A program made the translations under genes and the position numbers. Source: an uncultured delta proteobacterium (GTDB lineage: Bacteria; Desulfobacterota; Syntrophobacteria; BM002). From it: a DNA stretch of 64,000 nt. The stretch covers positions 294,438 through 358,437 of the forward strand of contig CAVQGX010000031.1 in the NCBI GenBank assembly GCA_963712115.1, given 5' to 3'. The notes beneath the pieces are model-generated. The model made no database searches. It saw nothing but the letters and a program-made list of their open reading frames with translations, and was not told where the DNA came from. Positions 37,431 to 45,953 of the stretch are shown here, piece by piece; within the stretch, counting starts at the first letter, position 1, and each line of letters opens with the position of its first letter.

Positions 37431-38202
37431 GAAAGAAAAAAACTACTGCATCGAAACCGACAAACTGAACTTGTGGTATGGCAACTTCCAGGCGCTGATC
37501 AATGTCAGCATTAAGATTGTCGAGGGGTTGATTACTGGGCTCATTGGCCCGTCTGGCTGCGGCAAAACCACTTTGCTGCGCTGTTTCAATCGGGTGAACG
37601 AACGTTATGGTAATGTCACCACTACAGGCCAGATCCAAATACTTGGAAAAAACATATACGATCCAGATGTTTCCTTGCAGGAATTGAGAAAATCCGTTGG
37701 CATGGTTTTCCAACGCCCCAATCCAGTCCCGATTTCCGTATACGAAAATATCCTCTTCGGCCTACGCGTTCACTCCAAGCGGGCTTCACTCACGAAATCG
37801 GAGAATGACGAAATCGTGGAAAAATCCTTAAGGGAGGTTTCTCTCTGGGAAGATTTGAAAGACAAACTGAAGACAAAAGCCACGACACTGCAACTGGAAC
37901 AGCAGCAGAAACTTTGTATTGCCCGCCTTTTACCCTTAAAGCCTGACGTAATCCTTATGGATGAGCCCTGTTCGTCCCTCGACGCCGAATCGACTCGTGG
38001 AGTCGAGGATTTGCTGTTAAGTCTGGCTGGGCGTTACACTCTTGTTGTGGTAACCCATAACATGGCACAAGCTCGCCGTATAAGCGATGAATGTATTTTC
38101 ATGCTCCTCGGCGAAATCATCGAGCACAGCCGCACCGCAGATCTGTTTCTTACACCGAAAGACTCTCGGAGTGCCGATTACATCGAGGGGCGGTATGGTT
38201 AA
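37423..38202 (+). CDS. pstB: Phosphate ABC ATPase, copy 2 (degenerate signature motif)
   Basis: GPSGCGKT, GMVFQRPNP, LMDEPCS, VTHNMAQA, YIEGRYG; LQLEQQQ replaces LSGGQQQ. Confidence 0.9.
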   Translation: MAKKEKNYCIETDKLNLWYGNFQALINVSIKIVEGLITGLIGPSGCGKTTLLRCFNRVNERYGNVTTTGQIQILGKNIYDPDVSLQELRKSVGMVFQRPNPVPISVYENILFGLRVHSKRASLTKSENDEIVEKSLREVSLWEDLKDKLKTKATTLQLEQQQKLCIARLLPLKPDVILMDEPCSSLDAESTRGVEDLLLSLAGRYTLVVVTHNMAQARRISDECIFMLLGEIIEHSRTADLFLTPKDSRSADYIEGRYG

Positions 38203-38225
38203 AAATTTGCCGATGAGGAGCAATC

Positions 38226-39189
38226 TTGATGTTCTACAAAACAAGGAGTAAATGTGCGGCATCCATTCTCATCTGCTCTGCCATCTTATTATGCATCTCT
38301 GCAGCCGGCTGCAAAAAAGGAGAGCAAGAAGCCGCCGTCTCTTCGCCTGCCAAGGTTACCATTCAGAATTCTGGTTCCGATACAATGGTTGTCCTGGCCC
38401 AGGCCTGGGCAGAGCAATATGCCAAAATAAAATTTTCGGTCTCGGTGGAAGTCTCCGGAGGAGGATCTGGTGCTGGCATAGCGGCTTTGATCAACGGCAC
38501 TGCCGACATCGCCAACAGTAGTAGGCCAATGACCAAGCAAGAAATAGAGATGGCTAAAGACAATACCGGGAAAGAACCCCAAGAGTACGTAGTTGGCTAT
38601 GATGCTTTGGCGATCTACGTCCACAAGGATAACCCGCTCGATGGGATCAGCATTGAGACAACTCGCCGAGATCTATGGAGAAGGTGGTACAATCACCAAA
38701 TGGTCCCAACTGGGAATCAAGAATCCAGGTTGTCCAAGCGATGATATTATTCGGATAAGCCGACAGTCAAGCTCCGGCACCTATTACTATTTTCGTGAGG
38801 TATTGCTTGGAAAACAAGGGGATTTCAAGTTGGGATCTAGAGATCTCCACGGATCCAAAGATGTCGTTGAACTAGTGGCGATGACTCCGTGCGCCATTGG
38901 CTACAGTGGCATGAGATACGCAACCTCTTATGTCAAGAAGCTCAAAGTTGCCAAAAAGGACAACGGTCCATACTTCGAAGCCACTGTTGAAACGGTACTC
39001 GACGGCAGGTATCCAATCCACCGACCATTTTACATGTATTCTCTCGGCCGGCCGACCGGAGAGACGAGGACCTATCTCGAATGGATTTACTCCGACACCG
39101 CCCAGAACATTGCCAAGAAAATTGGATACGTTCCATTGCCGCAAGCAGAGCGGGCTATGAGGAAAGCCAGTTTGGCAACGACCGATTAG
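38226..39189 (+). pseudogene. pstS: Second pstS paralog split by a +1 frameshift at ~38658 (pseudogene or sequencing error)
   Basis: ORFs 38226-38744 and 38593-39189 align with the N- and C-terminal halves of pstS 33631-34572; ATTGAG-A-CAACTC versus ATCGAACAACTC. Confidence 0.8.
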
Positions 39190-39275
39190 GACACACCTGA
39201 GGACGGCCATATCCGCGGTTCGCCCTAGGCGGATTCACAAAATATCCAGACTGGAATCAATAAGTATATGAACGA

Positions 39276-40538
39276 GTGAAGATGAGTGCGGATTCGATTA
39301 TTCTGGCCCTGGCCACCCTTGTAGGCCTCTATATGGCCGCCAATATCGGCGCCAATGACCTGGCCAATGCCATGGGAACCTCAGTCGGTTCAGGGGCTCT
39401 GACCCTTCGCCGGGCTGTGATTATTTCCATTGTGGCCAACCTGCTAGGGGCCGTCCTGGCTGGCGGTCATGTGACCAACACTATCAGCAAGGGCATGATC
39501 AACCCTGATTTGCTTGCCGCTACACCCGACAAACTGATGCTTGGCATGTTTGCCGCCTTGCTTGCCAGCGGCATCTGGGTCCATTTGGCCACGGTACTGG
39601 GAATGCCGGTTTCCACTACCCACTCCATAGTGGGAGCTGTGGTGGGTTTTGGCGTACTCACTGTGGGGATCGGTGCCATTTCCTGGGGAAAAGTTATTAC
39701 CATCGCAATTAGCTGGGTTGTCTCGCCAGTCTTTGGGGCAATTATCGCCGGGGGCATTTATTATCTCATACGCGAGAAAGTTCTCAGGGCAGACGTCCCT
39801 GAGTCTGTAGCACTGCGGTGGGCACCTTACCTGATCGGTGTCGTGCTGCTGACAATTATTCTCTCTTTTATTTTTAAGGGTCTCAAAAATCTACATCTCG
39901 ACCTCGGGTTCGGCCAGGCCCTGCTCATTGCTATTCCCTGTGGGGCAGCAGGCGGCTTAGTCGGCACCGTGTGGTTGAGGGCTCTCCTTGGCAGACGGAA
40001 GCTGAGGGAAGACATACAATACGATACCTCACCACTACAGGCTTTCTTCGCTTATCTCCAGGTGGTGACCGCATGTTACGTAGCCTTCGCCCATGGGGCC
40101 AATGACGTGGCCAATGCCATCGGCCCTCTGGCGGCTATTTTTTCAGTGGTCAAGACCAAAAGTGTAGCCATGCAGGTGGAGGTATCAATTTGGATGCTAG
40201 CTATAGGTGGAATTGCCGTAGGTGGCGGCTTGCTTGCCTTTGGTGGTAAGGTAATGGAGACTGTCGGCGGTAAAATTACCGAGCTAACTCCGGTACGGGG
40301 ATTTTGCGCCCAGTTTGGTGCTGCCACCACAATTCTGGTATGCTCAAGGCTGGGACTGCCGGTTTCCACTACCCACGTTTTGGTGGGCGCAGTGGTGGGG
40401 GTGGGCTTCATGCGGGGCATGGGATTTCTCGACTTGAGACTACTGCGTAACATCGGTTCGTCTTGGGTGATAACTCTCCCCTTCACCGCGTTTCTGGCTA
40501 TGATTATTTATAAATTGCTGACATGGTTTTTCCTGTAG
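39276..40538 (+). CDS. Inorganic phosphate transporter, PiT family
   Basis: GANDLANAMG and HGANDVANA signatures, PVSTTH twice. Confidence 0.95.
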   Translation: MKMSADSIILALATLVGLYMAANIGANDLANAMGTSVGSGALTLRRAVIISIVANLLGAVLAGGHVTNTISKGMINPDLLAATPDKLMLGMFAALLASGIWVHLATVLGMPVSTTHSIVGAVVGFGVLTVGIGAISWGKVITIAISWVVSPVFGAIIAGGIYYLIREKVLRADVPESVALRWAPYLIGVVLLTIILSFIFKGLKNLHLDLGFGQALLIAIPCGAAGGLVGTVWLRALLGRRKLREDIQYDTSPLQAFFAYLQVVTACYVAFAHGANDVANAIGPLAAIFSVVKTKSVAMQVEVSIWMLAIGGIAVGGGLLAFGGKVMETVGGKITELTPVRGFCAQFGAATTILVCSRLGLPVSTTHVLVGAVVGVGFMRGMGFLDLRLLRNIGSSWVITLPFTAFLAMIIYKLLTWFFL

Positions 40539-40562
40539 CGTAGGCACGCGTTACTGGGAGGT

Positions 40563-41237
40563 ATGCTTATGAGATTTTCATTCTTCTCTCTTTTTTACCA
40601 ATCACCTTTTCTAAAGCTGAAGAACCATGCTGACAAAGTGAAGGAATGCGCCTGGCTGTTTAAACGGGCCGCGCAATGCTATGTGGAGCAGGACTCCGAC
40701 GAGTTAGACAAGCTCACCGAGGAGGTGGCCAAGCTTGAAAGCCAGGCAGATGAGCTCAAACGTAATCTCCGCAACCACCTGCCCCGGGGAATATTCATGC
40801 CCATGGACAAGTTTGTTTTCCTCGACTGCCTCCGTGAGCAGGACCACGTGCTGGATGATGTGGAACAAGCTCTCTACTGGCTCTCTTTCAACCCCATGGC
40901 GGGAATCCCTGAGGAATTGGTGGGAGATTTTCTCGATCTCATTGACGCGGTTATACCCGCTATAGAGAAAATTCCTGATATGTCGGAGCAAGCTCTTGTC
41001 TACTTCAGGAGCAGTACCGAAGAGAATCGCAAAAAGCTAAAAAGCATCATCCGGGCGATTTATCAGGCCGAAAAGGAGGCAGACTACCTGGAGCATGAGC
41101 TTAAAAAGAAGGCTTTCGCCTTGTTAGAAGATCCCGTTGAAATATACCATATTGTTAGGCTGGTGGAGATTGTCGGCGACATTTGTGATCATGCTCAGAA
41201 TGCCTCAGACCGTATGCGAACCATGATCACCAGGTAG
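40563..41237 (+). CDS. DUF47 / PhoU-like PiT accessory protein
   Basis: SPF..L..H, LESQADELK, D.A.NA.DR; adjacent to PiT. Confidence 0.88.
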   Translation: MLMRFSFFSLFYQSPFLKLKNHADKVKECAWLFKRAAQCYVEQDSDELDKLTEEVAKLESQADELKRNLRNHLPRGIFMPMDKFVFLDCLREQDHVLDDVEQALYWLSFNPMAGIPEELVGDFLDLIDAVIPAIEKIPDMSEQALVYFRSSTEENRKKLKSIIRAIYQAEKEADYLEHELKKKAFALLEDPVEIYHIVRLVEIVGDICDHAQNASDRMRTMITR

Positions 41238-41360
41238 GAGATTTTTCGACAAGTTTCCCGCGGCAAGACCTGTCAGCGAGGAGTTCGACTGACCTCGTCA
41301 GATGTTAATTCTCGACAGTTTTTAACCTGGTTTATATTTCTATGCAGGGAGGAAGGAGCG

Positions 41361-42176
41361 ATGAAAAGAATTCTCTTTATTTTGAGTTTGCTGACAATCT
41401 CTTTTTCTTTGGCCTCATCCCCCACTGAAGCAAAAACATTGCTTAATATCATCAAGGACGGAAAGATTGTTATAGGTGTCAAGGCGGATTATCCTCCTTG
41501 GGCTGCTATCAACGAAAAAAGCGACTTCGAGGGGTGGGAGATTGACCTTTGCCGCAAGCTTGCCGAGTATCTTTTTGGAGACCCCAGTAAAGTTCAGTTT
41601 GTGGCGGTCACTAGCGAAAATCGGATAAAGCTACTTAAATCAGGCAAAATCGATATTCTTTGGGCGACTTTGGGACACACACCAGAGCGGGCTCAAGAGG
41701 TTGATTTTTCCATTCCCTACTTCGAATCTGGCGTCCGCCTCCTGGCCAAAAAGGGCTCAGGGATCAACTCCATTTATGATCTCAGTGGGAAAAAGGTCAT
41801 CACTATCAAGGGAACGACCGGAGGTCAAGCCCTGGCTGAGCTGGTCCCGAAGGCGGAACAGATCAAGCTAAGCACGACGCACGAGGCTATCCAGGCCCTG
41901 AGGAACGACCAGGGAGTTGCCTTTGCTCAGGATGATCTGTTGGTATTCACCATGGCACTATACAATCCAGAGTTTGAAGTTGTGGGCGAACATTTCAATA
42001 CCACATACTGGGGAGTCGCTGTCCCCAAGGGTGAAGAGGACGTCAAGGCTTTTTTAAACGTCTCACTCCGACTGATGTACGAGACGGGATTCCTCCAGGA
42101 TTCACTAAAGAAGTGGTGGGGTGGCTGGGTACTGGATGAGTACCTGAGAAGAATCGAAAAAGTTTTTAAGGAATAA
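41361..42176 (+). CDS. Amino-acid ABC transporter substrate-binding protein (family 3), orphan
   Basis: Signal peptide, GVKADYPPW, G.EIDL, TPERAQEVDFSIPY. Confidence 0.9.
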   Translation: MKRILFILSLLTISFSLASSPTEAKTLLNIIKDGKIVIGVKADYPPWAAINEKSDFEGWEIDLCRKLAEYLFGDPSKVQFVAVTSENRIKLLKSGKIDILWATLGHTPERAQEVDFSIPYFESGVRLLAKKGSGINSIYDLSGKKVITIKGTTGGQALAELVPKAEQIKLSTTHEAIQALRNDQGVAFAQDDLLVFTMALYNPEFEVVGEHFNTTYWGVAVPKGEEDVKAFLNVSLRLMYETGFLQDSLKKWWGGWVLDEYLRRIEKVFKE

Positions 42177-42241
42177 TGACGCCTTACTAATCCTGATTTA
42201 CTGTAGCGTTGGAAAAAATTATTAAAGAAACCCATACGACC

Positions 42242-42769
42242 ATGACGAATAGGAACAAACTTCGGATTCTTTATCTTTGCACCGGCAACTCATGTCGCAG
42301 TCAAATGGCTGAGGCTTTTACCCGGCATCTCAAAGGTGACCAGATAGAAGCCCTTTCGGCCGGGGTGGCTCCTAAGGGAATAGATCCAAGAGCGACAAAG
42401 GCCATGTCGGAGGCTGGAATTGATATCTCAAACCAGGGTTCCAAGTCGCTCAACCAGGTCATACACAGGCAATTTGATTACGTGGTGACCTTATGTGACA
42501 ACGCTCAAAAGACTTGCCCCCGTTTTCCGGGCAAAACCAGGGTCATTCATGTGGGCTTCGACGATCCACCCAAACTGGCGGCAACTGCAAAAGATGAAGA
42601 AGAAGCCATGCTCCACTACCGTCGAGTCCGTGATGAGATCAAAGCCTTTGTGGAGAAGCTGCCCGAATCGCTGTTAGATAAAGGAGGTCACCAAGAGGAT
42701 TTCCAGGCTGGAATCCAAGCCTTTCTGGATGACTTACCCGTGGATTTAACGAACAAGAAGGAAGACTAG
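42242..42769 (+). CDS. arsC: Arsenate reductase, thioredoxin-dependent LMW-PTP family
   Basis: LCTGNSCRSQMAE, VVTLCD.A..TCP.FP, GFDDP, RRVRDEI. Confidence 0.9.
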   Translation: MTNRNKLRILYLCTGNSCRSQMAEAFTRHLKGDQIEALSAGVAPKGIDPRATKAMSEAGIDISNQGSKSLNQVIHRQFDYVVTLCDNAQKTCPRFPGKTRVIHVGFDDPPKLAATAKDEEEAMLHYRRVRDEIKAFVEKLPESLLDKGGHQEDFQAGIQAFLDDLPVDLTNKKED

Positions 42770-42962
42770 CCCGGACATTTCATGAATTGCTGTCGCGAGA
42801 TCACGAAGATGAGCGTGCCACCGGGCAACCGTACCGCGGGATTGGTCCCGAGGCGTACCTGAACGGTACGTCGCAGGGGCTAACACCAGAGGACGCCCGG
42901 AAGGACGGCCATATCCGTGGTCGCAGTCACGCCAGGGCGTGAATTCATGAAATGTCCGGGCT
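42768..42962. mobile_element. MITE-like element with ~21-bp terminal inverted repeats between convergent arsC and arsR
   Basis: AGCCCGGACATTTCATGAATT ... AATTCATGAAATGTCCGGGCT; right-end fragment recurs at ~39197-39255. Confidence 0.75.
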
Positions 42963-43276
42963 CAAAGGGAAAAGAACCTTGCCAAATCTCTCAGGACCTC
43001 AGGGTCTATCCAGCACTCCACATTCTGGCCTTTCCGCTGCATCCTGATTAATCCGGCCCGATAAAGCTCCTTGATGTGATGCGAAACAGTTGACGGCACA
43101 ATCTCCAGGTCTTGCGCCAGCTCTCCCACATAAGCTGTGCCCGTCTCAATGGTGTGCTTTGTCCCGGGTGCACAGCAGGACACCAGGCGGAGGAACATAC
43201 GTAACCTATTAGGATTTGACAGTGCCTTGAATATCTCTGCGAATCTTTGGATCTCTTCCTCGCGATGGTTCGACAT
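42962..43276 (-). CDS. ArsR/SmtB-family transcriptional regulator
   Basis: FKALSNPNRL, ST.SHHIKEL..AGLI; vicinal CC; start 43276 or 43288. Confidence 0.9.
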   Translation of the reverse strand: MSNHREEEIQRFAEIFKALSNPNRLRMFLRLVSCCAPGTKHTIETGTAYVGELAQDLEIVPSTVSHHIKELYRAGLIRMQRKGQNVECWIDPEVLRDLARFFSL

Positions 43277-43312
43277 ATATCGAACCATACTTGAGATCTA
43301 TTTCCCTGTCAA
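43265..43312 (-). promoter_or_regulatory. Sigma70 promoter and palindromic operator of the ArsR gene
   Basis: TTGACA-17-TATGGT on the minus strand; ATGGTTCGA-N6-TCGAACCAT perfect inverted repeat over the -10 and start codon. Confidence 0.7.
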
Positions 43313-43510
43313 CGAAAATCCCTGCACACATTAGAATTGCAAGGATTGTGGCAGATGACATTACTTGGGGTGAACCTCTGAGGAGAGTCCTGCATTGTTT
43401 GTCTTGACATTTCACTAAGGTCTTTGACAGATTAGAAAACTGAGTGTTTTTATAAAACCCTGAACCCGGCTTGGACTGGCATCTCTTGCCTAGGAAAACC
43501 TCGATAACCC

Positions 43511-44326
43511 ATGCGTGATGATATTACCCCCATAGAGAGCATTCCTCCTGAACAGCTCAGGAATCTGAAAGGTGTTCTCTTCGACCTCGACGACACCTTC
43601 ACCACTCGCGGTAAGATTCCTGCTTGCTCATTTACTGCACTGTGGGATCTCAGAAATGCCGGACTTACTGTTGTTGCCGTCACCGGGAGGCCGGCTGGCT
43701 GGTGCGACCACATAGCCCGGATGTGGCCCGTGGATGGAGTGGTAGGTGAGAATGGCGCTTTTTACTTCTGGTACGATGAAGAAGAGCGAAAGCTGAACAA
43801 GCGTTTTTTGGACTCTGATGAGGTGCGCGCTGATAAACGTCAGCGTCTCATAACCATAAGGGATGAAATCCTTGCAGCAGTTCCAGGTAGTGCACTTGCA
43901 AGCGATCAGCTTTACAGGGAGACGGACCTGGCCATTGATTACTGCGAGGACGTGCCGACCTTAGGTCCCGAGGCAGTCAAGAAAATTTGCCACATATTCA
44001 AAGCGCACGGCGCCACCTGCAAAGTCTCTTCTATTCACGTGAATGGCTGGTTTGGTGAGTATGACAAACTTGGAATGGCGAAGCGCTTCATGCAGGAGCG
44101 CTTCGGGCTGGATCTGGATGGAGTGAAAGCTAGCTTCGCTTACTGTGGGGACTCACCGAATGACGAGCCCATGTTCGGGTACTTTCCCATGAGCGTAGCA
44201 GTAAACAACGTCTTGAATTTCGTGGATCAGATGCAAACACTGCCTGCCTACATCACTTCATCGGAAGGCGGCCAAGGGTTTGCTGAGTTTGTAGGTCATA
44301 TCCTCCGACACAGGCGTAAGGCGTAG
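43511..44326 (+). CDS. HAD-superfamily (subfamily IIB-like) hydrolase
   Basis: FDLDDT, VTGR, ENGA, GDSPND.PMF. Confidence 0.9.
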   Translation: MRDDITPIESIPPEQLRNLKGVLFDLDDTFTTRGKIPACSFTALWDLRNAGLTVVAVTGRPAGWCDHIARMWPVDGVVGENGAFYFWYDEEERKLNKRFLDSDEVRADKRQRLITIRDEILAAVPGSALASDQLYRETDLAIDYCEDVPTLGPEAVKKICHIFKAHGATCKVSSIHVNGWFGEYDKLGMAKRFMQERFGLDLDGVKASFAYCGDSPNDEPMFGYFPMSVAVNNVLNFVDQMQTLPAYITSSEGGQGFAEFVGHILRHRRKA

Positions 44327-44330
44327 GTTA

Positions 44331-44477
44331 GAATTGCGGATTTGCGGATTGCGGATTTAAAAACTCAAAATCCTAAGCAGGGGATGTGCGATATGTGATG
44401 TGAGATTGAACATTTCTCTCATGATTTAGTATCCCACATCTCAGACCTCACATCTCACATCCAGCTTGGAGTTGTTT
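44331..44477. repeat. Inverted copy of the TGAGATG/CACATCA + AATCCGC element seen at ~24400-24550
   Basis: Reverse complement aligns over ~150 bp. Confidence 0.85.
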
Positions 44478-44508
44478 CGGATTTTTCATCAAGCTCTATA
44501 CCCTATGC

Positions 44509-45592
44509 CTACAACAAAATCATACACTTTTGTGGATTTAGAAACAGGTAGATTTCCTCTCCTTCTTCTCGCGGCACGTTGTGCGGAGCCTGCACCCTGA
44601 CCATATTGCCATTTACGCTTACGAAAAAGTAAAGAAAGTTACCCAAGTACGCCTTGTGGACAATGTTACCCTTGAACAGGTTCTCCCTGGTTTCGGGTGG
44701 TTCGGTAAACACCTCCACATCCTCAGGACGTATAGATGCATAGACTTTTTTCCCCGGTGTTGTTGCCGCCATGCTGGGCATCTTACACAGCATCTTCTCG
44801 CTGAATTCGGTACGCACGTAAACTGTATCCGTCTCTAGGACAACCTCCACTGACCTCCCCGGACATAAAGTTCATGGTGCCGATGAAATCGGCGACAAAT
44901 CTATTGGCGGGCTTTTCATATATCTCGTAGGGAGTGCCGATTTGCACCACATTCCCCGAGTCCATGACGGCGATTCGATCAGAGATAACCATTGCCTCTG
45001 CCTGGTCGTGGGTGACGTAGACCGAGGTGATGCCCATTCGTCTAACCAGGCTCTTGATTTCAAACCTCAGCTCTTCTCTGAGCTTGGCATCCAGGTTGCT
45101 CAGCGGTTCGTCCAAGAGTAACACTTTGGGGTTTCCCACTAGAGCCCGGGCAAGAGCCACCCTTTGCTGCTGCCCGCCGCTCAATTGGCCAGGGTATCTC
45201 TCTTCCAAGCCATCCAAACCCACCAATTCCAACACCTGTTGCGCCCTTTCTTGTATACTCCGCTTGGGTATCTTCTGAAGTTTCAAGCCGTAAACTATAT
45301 TCTTGTAAACCTTCATATGTGGCCATACAGCATAGTTTTGGAACACCATGCCGATTCCCCTTTTTGACGGCTCGACAAACCCTTGCGAAAGCATGGGCTT
45401 GCCGTCAATGATAATGTCCCCTTCCTCTGGTTTTTCCAAGCCTGCGATGCAGCGCAAGGTCGTCGTTTTCCCGCAGCCACTGGGCCCTAGAAGCGTCAAC
45501 ATTTCTCCCTCGTTGACTTCAAGCTCAATGTGATTAACTGCCACTACTTTCTTAAAGCGCTTGAACAGGTTCTTGATCTCGATGAATGCCAT
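44509..45592 (-). CDS. ABC transporter ATPase (Fe3+/polyamine type, TOBE domain), split by a +1 frameshift at ~44851
   Basis: GPSGCGKT, LSGGQQQR, VTHDQ in ORF 44783-45628; TOBE-like SIRPED...YLG in ORF 44509-44850. Confidence 0.85.
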
Positions 45593-45663
45593 TGAACTTG
45601 TCTCCGTAAGCAAGAATCTACCCGCCATGCACCCTTAAAGGGTGGGGCTCTTGGCAAAATTAT

Positions 45664-45938
45664 GTCATTACGCTCAGCGCGGTTGCGCTTCGCTGTCACT
45701 AGGCTTCGCCGTCATCAGGCCTCGCGGCCGTCATTTGTGGTCATGTGCCTTCGGCGTCATTCGGGCTAGCGCCCGTCATGCATGGTCATTTGTCGTTATT
45801 TGTTCTATTCATTATCACCAATCATCACGACTTAATGACAACAAATGACAGCGAAGCGTAATGACAGCCACTTTAGTGGCATAATGACTACCTAATGACA
45901 TCAGTGCATTATGACGGCCACATTAGTGGCCAAATGAT
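45664..45938. repeat. Modular GTCA/TGAC mini-hairpin array, copy 6 (longest)
   Basis: Multiple gtca units then multiple tgac units separated by the same hairpin modules; sits between permease and ATPase. Confidence 0.9.
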
Positions 45939-45953
45939 AGAACTCCTTGTGCC

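Noticed and set aside
43477-43491. TGGCA...TTGC as a sigma54 promoter
   Set aside because: Spacing between GG and GC is too short for a -24/-12 element.
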